Assembly (NCBI GenBank): GCA_965213705.1
Contig: OZ243913.1
Location: 1,248,001-1,312,000 of the forward strand
DNA from: Trueperaceae bacterium
Lineage (GTDB): Bacteria; Deinococcota; Deinococci; Deinococcales; Trueperaceae
Length of the DNA stretch: 64,000 nt
Reading direction: 5' to 3'
Positions 57,047 to 64,000 of this stretch are shown one piece after another. The notes beneath the pieces were generated by a model. It worked only from the letters and a program-made list of their open reading frames with translations, did no database searches and was not told the DNA's origin. Position 1 is the stretch's first letter. Each line of letters opens with the position of its first letter. The position numbers and the translations under genes were made by a program.

Positions 57047-60000
57047 TCACGGCATCTCGACGCGCGTCGTCGCCTTGCCTACTGTGAACATATAAGTCCC
57101 CGGCACCACTTTGGCCTCAGCCTCGCCCAGCACGTCGCCGGGGATGACGGCCAAACGCTCTAGCGGAACGTCTAAGGTGACGGTTCGCGTTTCGCCAGGC
57201 TCGAGGCTCACCTTTGCAAAACCGACGAGCTGCTTTACGCGGGTCAACACCCCCGCCGGGGGGCGGCTGACGTAAACCTGCACGGTTTCGCTACCGGGAC
57301 GGTCGCCCGTGTTTTCGAGCTCCAGGCTGACCTTGACAACGTCACCGTTCAACTCGGTGCTGACGTTGCTCTGTTTGAAACGTGTGTAGCTCAGGCCGTC
57401 ACCGAAGGCGTAAAGCGGGTCGTAGGGCGTGCCCGGTAGCACGTCGTAGGTGAGCGGGAGTTGTCCGGTGTCTTTAGGCCAGGAAAAGGGCAGTTTGCCG
57501 TTTGGGCTGGTGCGACCGTACAGGAGGTCGGCAATGGCTAGGCCGCCCTCGCTCCCCGGCAGGTAGGCCATGACGAGGCTGCCCAGTCCGCTTCGAACGT
57601 CTTCGGGGATGATGAGCGGCCGTCCCGCCATCACGACGACGACGAGGGGGGTGTCGGTTTGAACAAGGGTGCGCAGAAGCCCTAACTGGTCTTCAGAAAA
57701 TTGAAGCGTGACGCTGTCGCCTTCGCCCTCGGCGTAGGGCGGCTCGCCGACCACGGCGACGACGACGTCCGCCGCGCCAACCGCCGCCGTGAGCGCCTCG
57801 GCGTCGCGGGTGTCGGGCAGGTAATCGACCCTTACGCCCTTAGGAGCCTCGGCTTGCATGGCGCCCAAGACGCTCACGCCGGGCGGCGTCTCACCTGTGT
57901 CGGGCAACCCCTGCCAGCCAATCGTCCAGCCGCCCGTCTGATTCTTGAGGCTGTCGGCACTCTCGCCGACCACCAAGATATTTTTTGCGGTGTCGTCAAA
58001 AGGAAGTGGGCCGTTCTCGAGCAGCGTCAGCGACTCGACCGCCGCCCGACGCGCCAGCGTACGGTCTTGCTCCATCACGATGGCGTCGGCTGCGTCTGCG
58101 TCAACATAGGGTTGCTCGAACAGTCCCAGCTTGAATTTCAAAGTCAAGATGCGCCCGACGGCTTCGTCGATGCGGGCTTCCGTTACGGTGCCCTCCTCGA
58201 CAAGTTCGGTGAGGGTCCGGGTAAAGGTGTCCGCGTCGTGAGGGACCATGTACATGTCTACCCCGGCGGCAATGCTCATGGCGACGGCGTCTTTGAAATC
58301 GGCGGCGACCTTGTGGACGGTGACGAGCTTGTCGATGTCGTTCCAGTCCGAAACCGTCACGCCGTTGAAACCGAACTCGCCGCGCAACACGTCGGTGAGC
58401 AGGTAAGGTGACGCGTGAACCGGCACGCCGTTGACCGAGCCGCTGTTCGCCATGACCGTGTCGGCCCCCGCGTCCAGACCCGCGCGTGACGTCGGGAAGT
58501 GAACGGTGCGGAGGGTTCTCGTATCTAAAAACGCCGGGCTGCGGTCAAAACCGACCAGCGGTTGCGAGTAGCCGCCGAAATGCTTGACCGTCGCGGCGAC
58601 CCGCCCGGAAGCTTGAAACCCGCGCACGCTCGCAGCGACGAGGTCTGCAGCAAGGTACGGGTCTTCGCCAAACGTCTCATAAAAACGCCCCCAGCGCGCG
58701 TCGCGCCCCACGTCGGTGACGGGGGCAAAGGTCCAGGGCGTGCCTGTCGCCAGTAGATCGTCAGCGACTTTGCGGCTTATTGTTTTCACCAGTTCGGGGT
58801 CAAAGGTCGCCGCCAATCCGAGGTTGTGTGGGTAGATCGTCGCGCCGAGGACGTTGTTGTGTCCGTGGACCGCGTCGACGCCGTAAATGAGCGGGATAGG
58901 CAAACGGGCGTTCTCCAGAGCGTAGCGCTGCAGGGCGTTCGTCATCTCTGCCCAACCTTTCGGCGTGTTCGGCACCGGGGCCGCGCCCCCGCCCGAGAGC
59001 AGCGAGCCCACGTGGTTGTCGATGAGAACGCGTTGCAACCATTCCTCGTTCAGCGGTCCCCGGTCCCACTCGCCGCTGCCCATAAGCCGGGTCACGTCGA
59101 TTTGGGTCATCTGCCCGACTTTTTCTTCTAAAGTGAGGCGGCCGAGGAGGTCTGCGACTCGAGCTTCCACCGGCTGCGTCGGGTCGAGGTACAGCTCACC
59201 GGACAAGCTCCTCACACTGCGCAGCGCGTCTAAATAAAGGGTGCCGCCCGCTTGAGGCAACTCGAAGCGGTAGCCCGTAATGTTCGTCAAACCTAAGCCG
59301 TCGTCCGGCGCGCCCGCGGGCTGCTCAGCGCTGCGCGAAAAGTCCGCAAAAGGCAGCGTGACCTTTTTCCAGCCCGTAAAGTCGTCGGTAAAGGCGGTGG
59401 AAAAACGCTCGGCGGTGTCCGCCGCGGTGTAAACGCGCAGGTAGTCTACTTTCAGGGCTTGGGGGAAGCTCGTGGTCTCGTCGGGGTTGCCCGGCCAGTT
59501 GCCGCCCACGGCCAGGTTGAGCAGCAAAAAGAAGGGCTGGTCGAAGACCCACGCGCTCCCCGCCGGAACGTCGTCCGGCGTCAGGGTGAAGAAGGGTTCG
59601 TCGTCAACGTACCACTGCAGTTTGTTGGGCCGCCACTCGAGCGCAAAGGTGTGAAAGTCGTCCGCGAAACCCGCCGCCAGCTCGAAACTCCCGCCGACGC
59701 CGGACGCACCCGAATAACCTGGGCCGTGGACGGTGCCGTACACCGTGGCGGGCTCGCGCCCGATGTGCTCCATGATGTCGATTTCGCCTGAGTTCGGCCA
59801 ACCGACTTCGCCAAAGTTGACACCCAACATCCACAGCGCGGGCCAGACGCCCTGGCCTTGAGGCAGTTGCATTCTCGCCTCGACCCGGCCGTAGGTGAAC
59901 TCAAGCTTGTCCTGCGTCCTGAGCCGCGCCGAGGTGTAGAGGCAGGGGCCGTAGTAGCACTCGAGCCCCGCGTTCGGCGCTGTCTCTCTCGCCGTGAGAA

Positions 60001-61483
60001 CCAAGTTTCCCGCACCGTCCAGCGCGACGTTCTCGGGGTCGTCGCTGTAATATTCGAGTTCGTTGTTGCCCCAACCCGGCGCGCTGCCCACGGTGCCGTC
60101 GCCGATTTCGGCGCTCCACACCGCCGGGTCGGGCGGCGTTCCGGCAGCACCGTCGAAGTCGTCTTCGTAGAGAAGTTCCCAATCGCCCTCGCGGGTGCCG
60201 TCTTGCAGCTCGAGCGTGACGGGCTGGCCGCTGCTCGAGCCGTAGACCCAAAAGCTCACGCCCTCGCTGCCGCTCAAGTCCTGCGGTCGCGCGAAGGTAC
60301 GTCCGAACGAGACGGGCGCGTCGGCCGCGTCGCCGGTGACTTGGAGAACCGTTTCGTACAGGTCTTGCTCGGGCAGCGCCAGCTCGGATTCGGCGGGCAG
60401 TTCGCGGGCGCTCAAGGTCGCGTTGCTCGCACTGAAGTCCTCTACGTCGGTAAAGTCCTCGAGCAGCGTGGGGTCGGCCGGGTCGTCATCGCGGATGAAC
60501 AGGGTGGTTTGGCGCTGCGCGCCGAGTTGGACGTTGTAGGGGGACTCGATGCCTAACGTCAGCGTTTCGTCGCCTTCACGTTTCGAATCGGGCAGCGTGG
60601 CGACCTCGAAGGTTTGCTCGGTCACGCCCGCCGGAAACACGACGAGGTCGGAACCGCCCGCGTAGTCTCGGTAGGCGGTCGCCGTGTCGGGGGCCAAGGT
60701 GTAGCGCACGCTGACGGGTTCTTCGGAAGGTCGGTTGAGACGCACCGTGAGCGTTGCCGGTTCGCCCTCTCTGGCTTCAAACGAGGGTCGGCCGAAACTC
60801 ACTTGTAGGGTGTCGTCGCTTGGCGCGGCACTTTCTACACTGCCGTACACGGTCACGTCGTCCAGATAAACCGGCGTGCTGCTCGGCCCGTAGCGAAACG
60901 CGTAGCCCGAGGCTTCGGTCAAACCCAAACCGTCGTTCGGCGCACCCGCGGGTTGAAAGTCACTCCGGCGGCGAAAGTCGGTAAAGGGAATCTGGAAGGT
61001 GTTCCAGCCCGAAAAGTCGTCGTCAAAAGAATACTCGTAGCGCTCGGCGCTGTCGCCCTGGGAGCCGGAGCGGTTGTCGAACACCTCGACGAACACCGTC
61101 TCGCCGCTGTTCGCCCCGTAGTACCTGAAGCTGAGGCCTTCAAAGCTGCTCAAGTCCCGCCCGACCCACGCGCCGTCCGTTTCAAAGGCGTGGGTAAAGC
61201 CGCCCCAGGAGGCGATGTTGTGGGAAAGCTCGAGCACATGGTCGACACCCTCTTGGTTGGGCAGCGCCAGGTCCGAGCCGGCAGGGACCTCGAGCCTCTG
61301 CAAAGAGACATTCCCCGGACTGTCGCCCCAGGTCGTAAAACCGACGTCGTTGCCGAAGGCGTCCTGGACGTTCACGAGTTCACTTTCGAAAGTGTCGTTC
61401 AAGGGCGGCTCGGCCTGCGCCAGCGCCCAGGCCGCGCTCAGCAAGACGAGCGACAGCAGGGTCGTGGTTGTGTTTTTTCGCAT
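57047..61483 (-). CDS. Secreted multimodular beta-glucanase: CBM11-like, Calx-beta, CBM11-like with inserted GH16, GH3, Fn3-like
   Basis: Signal peptide ending ALAQ; EGDET Calx-beta; GH16 GWGNNE and EIDIME; GH3 LEEKVGQMTQ, DAVHG, KHF, VSDW, GLSYT. Confidence 0.93.
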   Translation of the reverse strand: MRKNTTTTLLSLVLLSAAWALAQAEPPLNDTFESELVNVQDAFGNDVGFTTWGDSPGNVSLQRLEVPAGSDLALPNQEGVDHVLELSHNIASWGGFTHAFETDGAWVGRDLSSFEGLSFRYYGANSGETVFVEVFDNRSGSQGDSAERYEYSFDDDFSGWNTFQIPFTDFRRRSDFQPAGAPNDGLGLTEASGYAFRYGPSSTPVYLDDVTVYGSVESAAPSDDTLQVSFGRPSFEAREGEPATLTVRLNRPSEEPVSVRYTLAPDTATAYRDYAGGSDLVVFPAGVTEQTFEVATLPDSKREGDETLTLGIESPYNVQLGAQRQTTLFIRDDDPADPTLLEDFTDVEDFSASNATLSARELPAESELALPEQDLYETVLQVTGDAADAPVSFGRTFARPQDLSGSEGVSFWVYGSSSGQPVTLELQDGTREGDWELLYEDDFDGAAGTPPDPAVWSAEIGDGTVGSAPGWGNNELEYYSDDPENVALDGAGNLVLTARETAPNAGLECYYGPCLYTSARLRTQDKLEFTYGRVEARMQLPQGQGVWPALWMLGVNFGEVGWPNSGEIDIMEHIGREPATVYGTVHGPGYSGASGVGGSFELAAGFADDFHTFALEWRPNKLQWYVDDEPFFTLTPDDVPAGSAWVFDQPFFLLLNLAVGGNWPGNPDETTSFPQALKVDYLRVYTAADTAERFSTAFTDDFTGWKKVTLPFADFSRSAEQPAGAPDDGLGLTNITGYRFELPQAGGTLYLDALRSVRSLSGELYLDPTQPVEARVADLLGRLTLEEKVGQMTQIDVTRLMGSGEWDRGPLNEEWLQRVLIDNHVGSLLSGGGAAPVPNTPKGWAEMTNALQRYALENARLPIPLIYGVDAVHGHNNVLGATIYPHNLGLAATFDPELVKTISRKVADDLLATGTPWTFAPVTDVGRDARWGRFYETFGEDPYLAADLVAASVRGFQASGRVAATVKHFGGYSQPLVGFDRSPAFLDTRTLRTVHFPTSRAGLDAGADTVMANSGSVNGVPVHASPYLLTDVLRGEFGFNGVTVSDWNDIDKLVTVHKVAADFKDAVAMSIAAGVDMYMVPHDADTFTRTLTELVEEGTVTEARIDEAVGRILTLKFKLGLFEQPYVDADAADAIVMEQDRTLARRAAVESLTLLENGPLPFDDTAKNILVVGESADSLKNQTGGWTIGWQGLPDTGETPPGVSVLGAMQAEAPKGVRVDYLPDTRDAEALTAAVGAADVVVAVVGEPPYAEGEGDSVTLQFSEDQLGLLRTLVQTDTPLVVVVMAGRPLIIPEDVRSGLGSLVMAYLPGSEGGLAIADLLYGRTSPNGKLPFSWPKDTGQLPLTYDVLPGTPYDPLYAFGDGLSYTRFKQSNVSTELNGDVVKVSLELENTGDRPGSETVQVYVSRPPAGVLTRVKQLVGFAKVSLEPGETRTVTLDVPLERLAVIPGDVLGEAEAKVVPGTYMFTVGKATTRVEMP

Positions 61484-61561
61484 GGTTCGTCTCCCCTCAG
61501 TTTTGCAGATGAGCTTCACGAAAAGCCTCGAGCCAGCCCCCACCCCAACGTGAAACCTCTA

Positions 61562-62557
61562 TCAGTCCAAAAGAGCACTCAGCAACGCCTCGTTCCACCG
61601 CTTGTTGCCCCGGTTGTAGAGCCCAAAGCCCGAGGCATATTCCCAGTAGCCCCAACTGATGCCTCGCGCCTCCGCCTCTTCGCGCAGTTCTCGCGTCCAG
61701 CGGGCCCGAGACGCTACGTCCGCTTTCGAATACGCGCCGAACTCGCCCATGAAAAGAGGCCGGTTGTGGTCCTCGCCCCAGGCCGCCGCGCGGTCCAGAC
61801 GCTCCTGGACCGCCGCCACTTCCTCCTTTGTGCCTTCCCAAACCGTCCCGAGCCAGTCGCTGCCTCCCTCGACCCAGCCCGCGCCCTGGTGGGTGAAGTG
61901 GAAGGGTTCGTAGTTGTGAATCGTCACGATGAGGTTGGGGTCGGCAGGCAGCTCAAGCCCGTCAAGGTCGTCAATCCCGTTCCAGCGTGTCGGGCCGACA
62001 ATGACGGTGCGGGCGGGGTTGCTCTCCCGGACGACGGCCAGGGCCGCGGCGAGGTACTCGTTCCAAACCTCGTTCATCGCGCCGTGCGGCTCGTTGAGGA
62101 GTTCGAACATGATTTGCGGCGGCGCGTCCCGGTAGTGTTCGGCGACTTGTTGCCACAAGGTTAAAAAGCGCTCCTTTTGGCTCGCCGGGTCGAGCATCAG
62201 CGCTTCGAAGTTGTGCATGTCCAGAATAAGGGCAAGGTCGCGGCTGACGGCTTGCTCGACCGCCCAGTCGATGCGCTTAAAAAAAGACGCGTCGATGCCG
62301 TACGGGGCTTCCAAATCGGCGTGGGTCGCCCAGTTGATGGGCAAACGAATAGCACTAAAGCCCGCCTCTTTGACGGTTTCAAAGTCACTCTCGGCTAAGT
62401 AAAGCCCCCACGCGCCTTCGTTCGGGGCCTCGAGCGCGTTCCCAAAGTTGAGGGTGCGCGCCAGAAGTCGATTTTGTGCGAAAGCGTCTTGCGCCCTGGC
62501 GTTTCCCAAAAAGCTCAGCGTGAGCCAAAGCGCAGTGAGAAAAAATCGCACCTTCAT
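61562..62557 (-). CDS. Secreted GH5 endoglucanase
   Basis: NFGNALEAP, IRLPI.W, FELLNEP, H.YEP..FTHQGA, MGEFG; signal peptide ending ARAQ. Confidence 0.93.
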   Translation of the reverse strand: MKVRFFLTALWLTLSFLGNARAQDAFAQNRLLARTLNFGNALEAPNEGAWGLYLAESDFETVKEAGFSAIRLPINWATHADLEAPYGIDASFFKRIDWAVEQAVSRDLALILDMHNFEALMLDPASQKERFLTLWQQVAEHYRDAPPQIMFELLNEPHGAMNEVWNEYLAAALAVVRESNPARTVIVGPTRWNGIDDLDGLELPADPNLIVTIHNYEPFHFTHQGAGWVEGGSDWLGTVWEGTKEEVAAVQERLDRAAAWGEDHNRPLFMGEFGAYSKADVASRARWTRELREEAEARGISWGYWEYASGFGLYNRGNKRWNEALLSALLD

Positions 62558-64000
62558 CGGGTTTGCTCCATCGTTAAATCCGTCGTCAAACCGTAACCGA
62601 GGGGGAAAAGGGGCTCGTGGTTCTCGAGCCTTGATAGCGGAACCTGCGCCATCGACGCGGGCCACACGAACGGGAGCTTGCCGCTGAAATCGTAGTCGCC
62701 GAACAGCACCTCCGCTACACCTTGTCCTTCGGTGCCGGGCAGCCAGGCGGCGACAAGGGCGTCGCAGAGCGGCAGTTGCTCGGTGAGGATGAGCGGGCGA
62801 CCCGAGAAGAGGACTATCGCGAGCTTGTCGCAGTGCGGGCGGACGCGCTCCAACAGGGTGATTTGTTCGGGGCGCAAATGTAAGTCTTCTTTGTCCCCCA
62901 TGCCCTCGGCGTAGGGTTCTTCAGCCAAGACGACCAGCCCGACCTCGGCGCGGGTGTCGAAGTCGCCGTCGGCGCGGTAAGAGATTTCGGCGTCGGGGGC
63001 GACGGCTTTCACGCCTTCTAAAAGGGTTGTGCCGGGCGCAATCGGCCCCGGCCCGCCCATCCAGGTGACCGTCCAGCCGCCGCACTGGTAGCCGACATCG
63101 TTAGCGGCTCTTCCGGCTAAGAGTAAGGCTTGCTTTTTCTCGAGCGGAAGTGCGGACTCGTTTTTGAGCAAGACGAGCGACTTACGCACGGCTTCTTTGG
63201 CTACCTTCCGGTGCTCGGCAGAACCGACTTTTTCGAGGAGTCCCGGCGGTGTGCCGGTCTCTTCAAACATCCCCAAACGCGCTTTGACGTAGAGAATCCG
63301 GCTCGCCGCGTCGTCGATACGCGCTAAAGGCACATCGCCTTGATTGACTGCCTTTTGCAACGTCTCCATAAACCGCTCGAAGCGAAACGGCACCATCACC
63401 ATGTCGATGCCCGCGTTGACGGCCTGCACCACGCTGTCGTAAAAGTCGTCGGGGGAGATTTGGTCGACGCCTTCCCAATCGGTGACGACGAAGCCCTCGA
63501 AGCCCAGTTCGTTCTTGAGCACCTCGGTCAAAAGATAACGGTGCGCGTGCAGCTTGAGGCCGTCCCAAGAGCTATAAGACGCCATCACGCTGAGCGCGCC
63601 TGCTTTAATGGCGGCCTCGTAAGGCGGCAGGTGGACGCGGCGCAGTTCGGCCTCGTCGATGTCGCTGCTGCCCTGGTCGAGCTGCCACGCGCCCTCGGTG
63701 ACGAGCTTCGAAAACGACGCGTCAAGGTTCGCGTTGGCGAGCGTTTGATCGATTTGGAGCGCCGCGCGATCAACGCGTTTTGACGTTCCCCAGGTGGTCG
63801 CGCCGTCGGCGACGTAGTGTTTGATGCAGGCGAGGACGGAGGTAGGCTCACTCAAACTGTCGCCTTGCAAGCCGGTAAGAAACGCCGTCGCCAGTTCGCT
63901 GACAATCGCCGTGTCTTGGCTGTAGCCTTCAAAAGCGCGGCCCCAGCGAACGTCTTGCGGCACGGAAACGGCGGGCGCGAAGTCCCAGCGCACGCCGACC
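62554..64000 (-). CDS. GH3 beta-glucosidase (5' end outside the window)
   Basis: RWGR..E, KHYVADG, MASYSSW, VTDW, AGIDMVM, PYAEG.GD, WLPGTEG. Confidence 0.93.
   Translation of the reverse strand, partial: VGVRWDFAPAVSVPQDVRWGRAFEGYSQDTAIVSELATAFLTGLQGDSLSEPTSVLACIKHYVADGATTWGTSKRVDRAALQIDQTLANANLDASFSKLVTEGAWQLDQGSSDIDEAELRRVHLPPYEAAIKAGALSVMASYSSWDGLKLHAHRYLLTEVLKNELGFEGFVVTDWEGVDQISPDDFYDSVVQAVNAGIDMVMVPFRFERFMETLQKAVNQGDVPLARIDDAASRILYVKARLGMFEETGTPPGLLEKVGSAEHRKVAKEAVRKSLVLLKNESALPLEKKQALLLAGRAANDVGYQCGGWTVTWMGGPGPIAPGTTLLEGVKAVAPDAEISYRADGDFDTRAEVGLVVLAEEPYAEGMGDKEDLHLRPEQITLLERVRPHCDKLAIVLFSGRPLILTEQLPLCDALVAAWLPGTEGQGVAEVLFGDYDFSGKLPFVWPASMAQVPLSRLENHEPLFPLGYGLTTDLTMEQTR

Noticed and set aside
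60953..62164. 403-aa plus-strand ORF
   Set aside because: Antisense to well-supported GH genes; a typical high-GC shadow ORF.

Overview
Accessory, plasmid/chromid-like region of a moderately GC-rich bacterium. Deinococcota (Trueperaceae-like) is my inference, from the recombinase type, the SBP signal peptides and strong CTCGAG enrichment. In order the window holds: (1) a BlaI repressor operon whose BlaR1-type M56 protease is fused to a family-5 peptide-binding protein, followed by permeases, an M14 peptidase and a flavin-binding protein; (2) a parA/RHH partition remnant; (3) a 6.6-kb segment bounded by two directly repeated 28-bp dif-like sites (11-6-11), carrying GAF-GGDEF-EAL, two TA modules, CsbD/Pro-rich genes and an HNH endonuclease; (4) an AirS/YhcY-like Cys-GAF two-component system with an SDR and a QueA-like gene; (5) anmK with a peptide ABC/GntR cluster; (6) an MFS gene, a TA-coupled tyrosine recombinase and another dif-like site; (7) a sugar ABC + DhaKLM + HPr-EI operon; (8) a frameshifted UvrD coupled to a Zn-ribbon/TM/PEGA protein; (9) a 5'-nucleotidase and a stress-protein island; (10) PAS-GGDEF-EAL; (11) a beta-glucan cluster (GH3, GH5, CBM-Calx-GH16-GH3). 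Many genes carry single lesions, which could be decay or assembly error. I saw no rRNA, tRNA or CRISPR array. All family assignments come from motif recognition by eye, not from database searches.
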